A DNA stretch of 63,607 nt, filler included, from Octopus bimaculoides (lineage: Eukaryota), in assembly GCF_001194135.2 (NCBI RefSeq). It is 5 parts of 5 records of this genome, joined end to end, with 100 filler letters (N's around TTAATTAATTAA, not from the genome) between each part and the next. Parts side by side here need not be neighbours in the genome. Positions count along the whole stretch, not along the records: positions 1 to 24,964 come from NC_068985.1; 4 more parts are not named here. One strand, 5' to 3'. The notes under the pieces are model-generated. The model was not told the DNA's origin. It ran no database searches and was given only the letters and a program-made list of their open reading frames with translations. Positions 1-11,700 of the stretch are shown one piece after another. Positions within the stretch are counted from its first letter, which is position 1. Each line of letters begins with the position of its first letter. A program made the translations under genes and the position numbers.

Positions 1-6
1 TTTCAG

Positions 7-174
7 ATAACTCATATGATTATGATATCGCTCTAATTAAAATAGAGCCAAATAGGAAGGGAAATGGAATTGTTTTCAATGATTATGTACAACCAGCCTG
101 TTTGCCAGACAAGAATGCAACCTATTTTGAAGGTGAAAGATGTCATATTTCTGGATGGGGAAACACAGGAAAAG
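7..174 (+). CDS. Trypsin-family (S1A) serine protease, neurotrypsin-like; internal exon with catalytic Asp
   Basis: tttcAG acceptor at 5-6; translates (D)NSYDYDIALIKIEPNRKGNGIVFNDYVQPACLPDKNATYFEGERCHISGWGNTGK; GT donor at 175, phase 1. DIAL motif and GWG present. Confidence 0.9.
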
Positions 175-821
175 GTAGTATTATCATTATAATATATTTA
201 AACATTACAGACTTATTATTTCAGGTTCTTGGTCAGCATTGAGTAGCCTAAAACCAAACAGCAGTAGGTTTCATAGGCCACTGACAAACTTCTTGAGCAG
301 CAGCAGTTTGAATGCTGCCAATTTGGTATGACTGACTGGACATTCAGCCTGTTTTGGCACACACAGAACTATAAAAATGCAAATAGGAAAAGTGAAGAAA
401 GAGGGAGAGAGAGACAGGGAGAGAGAGATAGAGAGACAGATAGACAGACATTACAATTTATCAATTGAACACAACTGACATAAAGACTGTCCATCTCCTC
501 ACATAATAAGAAATATGCCCCCCCCCCATTCACATACACATAAACAGAAAGAGAGAGAGAGAGAGGGGGGGAGGTAAAGAATGAATGTCTGATGCTAAAT
601 AGGTTAGCACTGAATAAGCAATGCCAAAACATCTCATACCTGTTGGACAGAACTATGATACAGAGGTTGCCAATGCTTAAAAACAACCCCAAATCTCAGT
701 GCTATGCATAATCACTCTTTCAGTCTGGCCTGAGATAACATAGTATACAACTTCTTCTTCAGGCACACCCCTTCATCATATCCAGCAGTGTTAGCATACC
801 CCATGAGAAAAATATAGTTAA

Positions 822-985
822 GGTGGTGCAGACATGGCTGTGTGGTAAGAAGCCTGCTTTCCAACCTCATGGTTCTGGGTTTAGTCACACTGGGCGGCAT
901 CTTGGCAAGTGTCTTCTAGTATTACCTTGGGTTGACTAAAGCCTTGAGTGGATTTGGTAGAAGGTAACTGAAAGAAGCCTGTCAC
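822..985 (+). mobile_element. tRNA-headed SINE (family recurring at ~3990-4130 +, 6610-6746 -, 8130-8290 -, 9775-9920 -, 31560-31700 +)
   Basis: Shared core TGTGTGGTAAGAAGCTTGCTTCCCAACCACATGGTTCTGGGTTCAGTCCCAC with A/B-box-like motifs. Confidence 0.75.
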
Positions 986-1826
986 GTGTGTGTGTGTGTG
1001 TGTATGTCTTTGCATTTGTGTTTGTTCCACCACCACCACCACCACCACTTGACAACCACATTCAATAAAGTAAGTACCAGTTCAGTATTAGGGTTGATGT
1101 TATCAACTGTCTCCTTTCTTTAAAATTGCTGGCCGTGTACCAAAATTTGAAACAATTATATTATTATATTTAAGGAGTTCAGAACCTGCTCTGGTTAACA
1201 TTACCTTTCATCTTTCAGGAATCAATAAAATAAATACCAGCAGATAAGGACAGTGATAATGCATGCTGCAGAAATCCATGATCGAGACACTGGCTAGCAA
1301 AAATCAGCTGACAGTGATGTAACCACTGATGTGGATGCTGTCTACATCAATTTCTTCTTTGCTTTGCTCTATTGTTGAATTTGCTTATATCAAAGAATTT
1401 GGAATGCATGGTGAAACAAACAGAAAAGATTCATGGCTTCTTAATAATGGGCTTTGAAAACCCTTTATTGATCAGTTTATTGTTGATGTCACCAGTTTGT
1501 TTATTGCTAGATGTATTTAGTTCTTGTTTATTGAAAATTTCATAATTGCAAATAAAATGTTACAGAAGGAAGAGAGTGCTAGGCTAAATGATTTTCAGTA
1601 CTTAGTTTACTACATTCTGAGCTTAAATCCCTTCAGTATCAACTTTACTTTTAATCCTTCTGGCATCTGTAAAATGAACATTTGCAATATGCAGAGGCTG
1701 AATCAGTCAGGTATATCCATTACTTTGTAAATATTGTCCGTGTGCATATATTAAATCATTTATATTTATGTTTACTTTATGATTACTTTGTTGTGTCTTT
1801 ACAAAGTATACGTCTTTTATCAACAG

Positions 1827-1997
1827 CATATCCATCAATTCTTAAGGCAGCTACTGTTCCATTAATTAAAGCAAAACTATGTAAATCATTGTACAAGAAC
1901 AGTATTACTCCACGTATGATATGTGCAGGCTACATAGAAGGCGGTCCTGATAGCTGCCAAGGAGATAGCGGTGGTCCTCTGGTCTGTAATAAAGATG
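1827..1997 (+). CDS. Serine protease exon with catalytic Ser (GDSGGP)
   Basis: AG at 1825-1826, GTAAGT at 1998; (A)[56 protein letters not shown]; DSCQG indicates an Asp189 trypsin-type pocket; phase 1-1. Confidence 0.95.
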
Positions 1998-2196
1998 GTA
2001 AGTTACACTTGGTCGGTTTAAAATTTTTGTTAACCATACATATGCCTATGCATACATGTTCACTTCTGTTTTCCAAGTAGATAAAGTAATGTGAGTTTTG
2101 TTCACTGGTTATAAATTTGCATCTTCCAACATGGTGCCAAAATTTGAAACCAATATTTATGTGATCTATATTTTTAATTCCTAATTCTTTTCACAG

Positions 2197-2324
2197 GAGT
2201 CTATACACTCACTGGAGTGACCTCTTGGGGAAATGGTTGTGGCCAGCCGAGAAATCCTGGAGTTTATTCCAATGTCCAAGAACTCCAACCTTGGATTGAG
2301 TTCATAATGAAAAAATATTCTTGA
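2197..2324 (+). CDS. Serine protease terminal exon
   Basis: cacAG at 2195-2196; (G)VYTLTGVTSWGNGCGQPRNPGVYSNVQELQPWIEFIMKKYS*. The short GWGNTGKAYP junction recalls neurotrypsin (PRSS12) GWGDTGRAYS, but orthology is not established. Confidence 0.93.
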
Positions 2325-2331
2325 GAACACA

Positions 2332-2337
2332 AATAAA
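2332..2337 (+). terminator. Candidate polyadenylation signal of the protease gene
   Basis: AATAAA 8 nt after the stop; alternatives at 2427-2432 and 2517-2522. Confidence 0.45.
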
Positions 2338-2700
2338 TGCTAACAATTGTAACTATTCAGCTACCAACTACACTGCAATGTCTTGTAAACAAGGTAACCT
2401 CCTCATAAAATCGAAAATGAACAGAGAATAAAACAATAGCTTCATTGATTTCACTAAGCCATAACTGGAAAATGTTTTTAGAAATGCCATGAAAAATAAT
2501 CAAAAGAGAAAAATTTAATAAAATTCAGTCAAAAATAATGTTCACAATATTCTTTGATATCTCCATTTCAGCTGCACAAGTTTTCTTAATTTATGAACTG
2601 TTTTATACAGGGGTCATAAGACAACAAAACTGCTGAATTAGTCAGAGGGCCAGTGAAGATATCAAGGAAAATATTAAGAGTAAAATCCTGAACAATGTAT

Positions 2701-2787
2701 TTATTTTTTGTTAAAAAATGACATCAAGGATGACTGCTTCTTCTGTCCTTTGTCAGGAACACTTGTTTTCGAGGCAGGTTTCTTGAG
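2701..2787 (-). CDS. POLD3: POLD3 terminal exon with PCNA-interacting PIP box
   Basis: LKKPASKTSVPDKGQKKQSSLMSFFNKK*; matches Q-x-x-L-x-x-F-F at the extreme C-terminus. Confidence 0.95.
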   Translation of the reverse strand, partial: LKKPASKTSVPDKGQKKQSSLMSFFNKK

Positions 2788-5700
2788 CTAAAAATAAAAA
2801 TAAATAACAGTATACATATGGAGGTAAAAACAAAACATAAACAACTTGAGGTCAATTTTGACGTTCATCCTTTCAGAATGATAAAAAAAAGATACCAATG
2901 CAAAGTGGTGGAACTGTAAGAATGGACGCCTTGTGATATTTGTTCTGACTCTTTGCATTCCAAGTTCAAATCTCACCCAGGTGGTAGACTTAACTCATCA
3001 CCCAATTTAACACAATCGACTGACATGTTAGGTGCCTTTGGATTGGATTACCTGTGACCAGTCCACTGCAGGATGAAGGTCTCAGCATGTTCTCTCCACC
3101 GACCACAGTCTGATGTGGAAGCTGTGAATTTGAACTTGAGATCATACTGGTTTGCGGAGATTACTGTGCCACTCCGGCTTGACATGGCTTGGTTTGAAGA
3201 TACACTCCTCCTTCCTGCTAGGCGTGGAGGTCTTCTTGTGCCATTTCTTATCTTTCAGTCAAGAAAGAAAGCTTTCCCTCATCATCATCTGTCCATGCTG
3301 ACCAGGGCTGGCAAGCTGGAAGGCTGCACCAGACTCCAGTCTGATTTGGCATGGTTTCTGCAGCTGGATGCCCTTCCTAATACCAACCACTCCAAGAGTG
3401 TAATGGATGCTTTTACACGCCACCGGCACAGATGCCATTTGCATGACACCAGTATCTGCCATGACTGCAATTTTACTTGGCTTGATGAGTCTTCTTCTCA
3501 AGCACAGCATAACGCCAAAGGTCTTGGTCATTTGTCATAAAACAAAAAATAAAACCCTGCTTTTTTAAGCAGAGATACATTAGGTAATGTCACCATGTCA
3601 TCTTCATAAGGCAGACTTAAGATAACAGCTACAATGTCTTTTATGGTAAAGTCTGCTTTATTAGAGTTGACCTGATACAATAAACTGAATTATTTCAAAC
3701 CATTTTTTTTTTAACAATTTAAGCAAAAGTTAGGGAATCTGAACTTGCCTCAAACAAATAGAAGTTGTTTATAGATCTTTAGAGAAACTTTAGTACTACT
3801 ACATACAGTTTGTTCATTTTATGTCCATTTTTCCATGTTAGTATGGACTAGACAGGAACTAATTTGAGACAGGGTTTTGCAGCTGGATGCTGTTCCTGTC
3901 ATCAACGTTCACCAGTTTTTCAAGTAAGTGATTTTTTTTCATATTCCACACATCTTTAGAAGCTTAAGGCAACAAGAAACTTAAGCATCATTGGTGCAGA
4001 TATGACTGTGAGGTAAGAAGCTTGCAGTTCAACCACATGGTTCTGGGTTCAGTCCCACTGTATGGCATCTTGCACAAGTGTCTTCTACTTTAGCCTTGGT
4101 AGATGGAAACTGAAAGAAGCCATTCATAGATGTGTGTGTCCCCACCAATCACTTGATAACTGGTGTTGGTGTGTTTATGTCCTTATAATGTAACAGTTCA
4201 GCCAAAGAGATGGAGAGAATAAGTATCAGGCTTAAAAACAAAAAAATAAGTACTTTGGTTGATTCCTTTGACTAAAAAATCTTAAAGGCAGCGCCCTAGC
4301 ATGGCTGCGATCTAATGACTGAAATAAGCAAAGGATAAATCAAAAGATTGTATAATTGGCCACAGGATGTCAATATTTATGCTGATTCACACATACACAC
4401 AATGGGCTCCCTTCACTTAGCATTTACAAAAACTCACTCACAATGATCTGGGACTACAGTAAAAGACACTTGCCCAAGGCACCACATAATTCAATTTAAA
4501 TATTTGTATTAACAAATGTATATAAAGACATGGGATTTCCCCAAGGAGGCAGAAAACTTAATTGGGAAGAGATAAGATTTGTAGTATCATGTTAAGTAAA
4601 ATCAAACATAAAAATTTTGCAATGAAAACCCATGGTAATTTTAAATTTATGATATAACTGCTGTTAGAAGCAGCATTTAAATTACAGAAATTGATACTGA
4701 ACTAAAGAAATAAAACACCTTAAGTACTCCAATGATGAATTAACATAAATTAACCCTTTCGTTACTATATTTCTGACCAAAATACACCCATCATGAGTTT
4801 CAATTAAATTCTAAAATAATCATGAATTTAGACTAGTCTCATTAAACACCTGTAACTTTTTTATTTATCAACATATTAATGTGATATTTGGAACATAATT
4901 AAAGAAAGAGTTCTTAATCAATTCTATTGCATAATTTTTGTCTCTAAGTTCTCCACGTACGGGGGGGGGGTACTGCTAGTGTCTCTCACATGTAAATATT
5001 GGTTCAGCTTCACGAATCGTACTCATTCATAATACTGGAAATATATTCATCGCCAAAAGGTTCCTGATCGCTCCAGTAATTTGTTATTCTGGGTAACTGT
5101 CTAATACCCATAATAATATTTATGGCAAAAAATGCCCGTATTTCATCTACAGTTGCAGGAAACCGCAAGCTATCTTTTTTTCCGGCTTGTTTACATTCTG
5201 CGTAACGGTTTGTTTCCGCAGTAATCATTTCAAACAAGCATGAAAAAGAAGTCTAAAGGTTTCGCTTCCTGAGAAAGACTATGGATAGACCCTGTCTCCT
5301 CAGAAAAATTGTTAAAAAAAATATTTTCTAAATCTTTACTCCATTCTGGTGTAAAATCATCCTCGCTGTCGCCGTCGCTGCTTTCAGAATCGCAACTTTC
5401 AGTTTCGGATACAGAAATATCCAATTCATTATTGTTCACCACGTGCTTTTGTAGCTCATTCATTCTTTTCTTCGATACCTCCATATCTTCTGTTGAAAAA
5501 CCTTCAAATCTTCCAAAATTCACTGAGTTCAAATATCACGCCAAACAATGTCGGATACAATAACTCAACTGTTTGCAAAGTGAAATCAGGTGTTTTAACG
5601 AATGTACTAATGAGATTTGGGTTCAAATATACATTTAAATAACAATGGGTACTCTCAGCCGGCTACGGCCGAGTTAGTAACGAAAGGGTTAAGACCAACT

Positions 5701-8700
5701 TTATAAGTTGTAAAGTTAAGACAACACTCACCTGAGCAGCTGACAGTACAACAGGTGCAGCTGTTGTTGGTGGTTTAGAGTTTTTTTCTGTTTCCTCGTC
5801 AGAGACATCAGTTGAGTCACTGACCATAACTTTCTTTGTAACTGAAACAATAAATTAAATTAAATTTATTAATAGTAATTCTCTATTTAATTTGAAAATC
5901 TTTAGCAACATGATCATAAAAATGCATTGCTAAGCTTACATTTTGCTGAATTCGATCTGAGTTTCTTCATGTTTCTAACAACAACAATGAATTTACATTT
6001 TTGCAAAGTAAGATGAGCTAAGAGATAAAGATTTGTTTATTACAATGAAATGGCCAATGAACAAAATTATTAAACTACCGGCTTGTGGATTAAGAGATGA
6101 TATTAGATGCAGGTATTTAATTCCAACTTTTGTCAGGGCGTTTAATTCCGTATACTGTGTATCTCAGTTCATTTTGCTCCAGTAAAAGACATTCAGCTTT
6201 ATTATGAATATTATCATGGGTAAGTTAGTGATCTAAAAAAGTGTGACAGAGAAATTTTACCTATCAACTTGCTAAAAATAGCAACCAAATAGTGATCAAG
6301 TAGTCAGATTGTATGGTGAAAATTTAAAGTGAGCTTTAGAAGAGATTTGGTCAAATATTTAAGATATGTTACAGGTGTTATCAAATACTAATGAAGTTTG
6401 AGATACCTGTTATGCCAAGGCATTGTACTGCCAGCAGAACATAAAATCAGTCGTGAAGATTATTATTAAACAAGATGAACAAACATTCTCATCAAAATCA
6501 TGCTTGCAGGAACTTCTTGTACTGGCATTGGTTGGACAAATCTAGTACAACATAACACTTTTCTCAATACTGTAACATCTCATCAGTGAAGTCCAAAATC
6601 CTGAAATCTGACCAGACTCAATGCACTACTATAGCCCGAGGCTATAGTAAAGGTCCAAGAGTACAGTAGAAGCCCAAGATGCCATGCAATGGAATTGAAC
6701 CTGGAACCATGTGGTTGGGAAGCAAGCTTATTACCACACAGCCATGCTGCAATTTTCACTCAGCCTTTGCCATCCTTCTTCACAGTTATATTTCGTGCAT
6801 ACATTAACTGACACCATTAATGTCCAGTCACACTCACATGTCAAAATCACTCTATCTTTCACGCAAATCAACACTGCAGAGCCAAGAGAATAAAAATAAA
6901 AATATTTATGAGGCAGAAACATGTTATAAGCTGCCCCATGATCACCATCACCTATTTTACTGAAATAATTTATGTCATGAAATAACATTTCAATAAAATA
7001 GTGAAGGTTACTGCTCAATTTCTGACAGTAAATGGTTGTCATATTTAATGTAAATCCACATTTTTTATATCAGCAGTTACATAGTACATATATACAGAAA
7101 AATCACATTTTTCAAAGTAAGAAAAACAAAAAAATACAGACCCATAAAACCTTCATCATCTATAAAAGTCTTATTTTTCTGTCTTTTTATCCGTTTCCTT
7201 CGTTTTCCATCTTTATTAACAACAACTCTAGATTCTGTTTCTCTTACTGCTGTTTCTTCAGTGTTTTGCTCACAGCCATTTTCTACAGCAGCTGAACTTC
7301 CTTCCATTGTGTCATCCTTAATATCAGCATCAGTGGGCATCATCTCTGGACTGGGTGGACTTGGAAGTGGTTCCTCTGATTCCATTTCTAAGAACAAATA
7401 CATTTGAGATTTTAATTCAAAATGAGCAGATATGAATGAAATAAGTGCAATGATTAGAGAAATGCCAGAGAAGATTCAGTTGCTAAACTATTAATGCAGA
7501 AAACATTGATTCTATTTTTGCCATTAGCAAGGTAAATATAATTACTAGATGCTTTCATCTATTTCTCTTAACCTTCATCTACAGACAGATATTCAGCTAT
7601 TTACATGTCTTCTTGCCTTCATTTAATAGTGAGTAGTTCTATAAACTAATATATTATATGCTACCCTTAATGACTGCTTCATATAGTATCATCATCATCT
7701 TTTTGACATCCACTTTTCCATGCTTGCATAGGTTGGACAGAGTTTATTGAGGTCGATTTTCTACAGCTGGATTGCCCTTCCTGTTGCCAACCCATACATG
7801 TTTCCATACAAAGTGATATTTTCTCACGATCAGACATGTTTCCACAGAATATTGGAAATGAATGACATTCATTTACAATAATCAGGTGTTTTAACGAATG
7901 CACTAATGAGATTTGGGTTCAAATATACATTTAAATAACAATGGGTACTCTCGGCCAGCTACGGCCGGGTTAGTAACGAAAGGGTTAAGACCAACTTTAT
8001 AAGTTGTAAAGTTAAGACAACACTCACCTGAGCAGCTGACAGTACAACAGGTGCAGCTGTTGTTGGTGGTTTAGAGTTTTTTTCTGTTTCCTCGTCACAT
8101 AAACGTAAGTACACAGACACACACACTTACAATGGGCTTCTTTCAGTTGCTATCTACCAAATCAGCTCACAAGACTTTGGTTTGCCAAGGGCGATAGGAG
8201 AAGACACCCAATGTATAACAAAGCAGGACTGAACCTGAAACCAATGTGGTTGGAAAACAAACTCCTTAACCACACAGCTATGACTGCACCTAAATGTGTA
8301 CCTGGATTAAATCAAGCTGACAGCAACCATCATGTTGGGTATGCAGTGAGGAGAGAGTCTGGTTTTTGGTAAATATAGTGACCAAGAGATGATAAGGTCT
8401 GTGTGTGTGTGAGTGTGAGAGAGAGAGAGACACTACAGAATGATGCGTCAAATGAGCAGAGTGAGGAATTCAAAGGAGTAGAGAGACGATTGGTAATTCA
8501 ATAGTTACAAGTTGGCATAAGTTCAAAGTTAAACTGTTGTCATTTTTGTCTTTGTTTCTTTAAACACATTTAATAATGTAATTTTCAAAAGCATCAAGTT
8601 TTAAAATGAGATGTGTATATGTATATTATCATCATCATCATCATCGTTCAACGTCCGCTTTCCATGCTAGCATGGGTTGGACGATTTGACTGAGGACTGG

Positions 8701-11700
8701 TGAAACCGGATGGCGACACCAGCCTCCAATCTGATTTGGCAGAGTTTCTACAGCTGGATGCCCTTCCTAACGCCAACCACTCAGAGAGTGTAGTAGGTAC
8801 TTTTACGTGTCACCCGCGAGGGATGTTTTCAATAATAGCTTTGGGTTAACCAAAGCATTGTGAATGGATTTAATAGATGGAAACTGAAAGAATCCCATCA
8901 AATATGTAAATATACATGTTTACATATGCATATGTGCATTTGTGTGGACTTGTCTTGACAGCATGTGATTGAAAATGAGAATCACCATCATCAAAAAAGT
9001 CATGCTGTTTGTTTCCTGTCTTCTATACCAAAATACTACCCTATTTGGAAAGAAGTGAGTGTCAGTGACAGGAAAGGCATCCAGCCACAGAAAATCTGCT
9101 GCAACAAATTCCATTTGACTCATGCAAGTATGGAAAAGAAGATGATTATGATATATATACCATACACATATGTCATGACAGAGAGAGAGAGAGAGAGAGA
9201 GATTCAGCTTTTTATCTTTCAATTAGAAACAAAATATAAACTTTACCTTCCTCACTACTGCTATTTGGGACTATGCGGTGCCGCTTCTTTTTTTGGAACA
9301 TATCTTCTACATGAGGGAAAAAATATATAATTATATTCTTGTTTTGACAGAAATGCTTTAAATATATAAATGTTTTTAAAAGCTCAGTTTTATAAATACT
9401 AGTGTTCAGTTCTATTTTCAAGGAATTGCATGAAGGAGAGCTAAATCTTGGACCCGTATACAAGTAAGTAGTTCTATAAACTAATATATTATATGGTACC
9501 CCAAATGACTGCTGCATATAGTATCATCGTCATCCTTTTAACATCCACTTTTCCATGCTTGCATAAGTTGGACAGAGTTTATTGCGGTAGATTTTCTACA
9601 GCTAGATTGCCCTTCCTGTTGTCAACCCATACATGTTTCCAAGCGAAGCAATATTTCCTCACGACCAGACATGTTTTCGCAGAATATTGGAAATGAATGA
9701 CATTCATTTACAGTAATCACTTAATATTAAGACAAGGAGACACAAATATACACACTCACATAAACATATGTACACACACACAATGGGATTTTTTCAGTTG
9801 CTGTCTACCAAATCAATTTACAAGGGCTACAGGGGAAGACACCCAATGTATCACACAGCAGGACTGAACCTGAAACCAATGTGGTTGGGAAGCAAACTCC
9901 TTAACCACACAACTATGCCTGCACCTAAATGTCTACCCGGAATAAATCAAGCTGACAGTAACAATCATTCCCCAAATTACACTCTCGATTAAAAACAAGA
10001 ATTAAGAAAAACAAAATACATTAATTTTAGTGTCCACCTATCTTTATAGCTTATAGCAAGTGATCCCTATTACTCTTTTACTTGTTTCAGTCATTTGACT
10101 GGGGCCATGCTGGAGCACCGCCTTTAGTCGAGCAAATTAACCCCAAGACTTATTCTTTGTAAGCCTAGTACTTATTCTATCGGTCTCTTTTGCCGAAACG
10201 CAAAGTTACGGGGACGTAAACACACCAGCATCGGTTGTCAAGCGATGTCGTGGGGGACAAACACAGACTCACAAACACACACACATTATATACATATAGA
10301 TATATACGATGGGCTTCTTTCAGTTTCCGTCTATCAAATCCAGTGAGTGTCAGTGACAGGAAAGGCATCCAGCCACAGAAAATCTGCCGCAACAAAATCC
10401 ATTTTACTTATGCAAGTATGGAAAAGAAGATGTTAAAATGCTGATGATGTTGGTGATGATATAATGATCACATTCTCTTTTCATACTGGCACAGGTTGGA
10501 CAGATTTGCTGGGGAAGTGGGCATAAAAATTATGATATATATGAGGAGCTTACTTTCAAAACCGGTATAAGTGCATATTTGGTCAATTTCATGATAACCA
10601 TTAAAACACAATCTGCAAGCTGCTGGTTTCACACATGTGGAATTTTTTTCAGTTAAACTGGGATAGATGCCATATAAGACAGCAGATGAATCTTAGTCTT
10701 CCAATCAAAATCAGATATATTCAAGTTGTTGTTTTAAACAATTACTCAAAAGTCATTCCGATGCATGTACCTGGTAAGCCCTTCATGTACCATACATATA
10801 CGTCATGACAAAGAGAGAGATTCAGCTTTTTATCTTTCAATTAGAAACAAAATATAAACTATACCTTCGTCACTACTGATATTTCGGACAATGCGGCGCC
10901 GCTTCTTTTCTTGGAACATATCATCTTCTAGATGAGGGAAAAAATTTAATTAATACACATTCTCAAGTTCATTGCATATACTTAAATAAAATCTGAAAAA
11001 TTCCAATTCCTGCACAAGTTATGAATGAAACAACTACATAAAATAAGCAGATTAAAATAGTTTACCTGAATCAGATTCTTGAAGAGATTTTTTGACTTCA
11101 TTCCTATTTAAGAGAAAATAAGAACATTCTTTAAAACAATACTTGCTAATTAATTTAACTTTTAGGTTTAACTATGTTTTCAGATTTGATATTTCACTAA
11201 GGGAATGTAGTAAAATACAGGTAGAGATTTTTAGAATCATTTAGTGTGAGATTGCAGGTTGAAATCAAAAGTGCATTTATATACACTTTCTATTTATTTC
11301 ACTTTTTCTTATATAACGATATAGTATATGCAGGAATTCAGTTTATAAACTAATGTTTATCATAAAGTTCACCTTGTATGTATAATCAATTTCATCATCA
11401 TCAACTAGTGTCTATTTTCCATGCTGCATGAGTTAGACAGTTTGACTGGAACTGGTAAGCTGCACCAAGCTCCTCTCTGTTTCTACGGCTGGATGTCCTT
11501 TCTAACACCAAGCACTCCGTAGAGTGTACTGGGTACCTTTAACACGTCACTGGCACAAGTGCTTTACACATGCCACTGACATTGACCATAGCTACAATTT
11601 CACTTAGTTTGATGTGTCATCTCAAGCACAGCAAGAAGCTTCTGTGTGTGTGTGTGTGTGTTTTTATGTCTCCTTATTTTGACATCATTTCCAATATTCT

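Larger units (their letters stand above)
7632..10950. repeat. Diverged tandem duplication (unit 1 ~7632-9330, unit 2 ~9467-10950), each with one POLD3 exon copy
   Basis: Collinear shared blocks: 7632-7884/9467-9719, 8130-8330/9775-9965, 9055-9145/10344-10435, 9160-9330/10790-10950. Confidence 0.85.

Noticed and set aside
1682-2080. 132-aa ORF as a stand-alone protease gene
   Set aside because: Only 1827-1997 is exon; the flanks are intron read-through with clear AG/GT sites.
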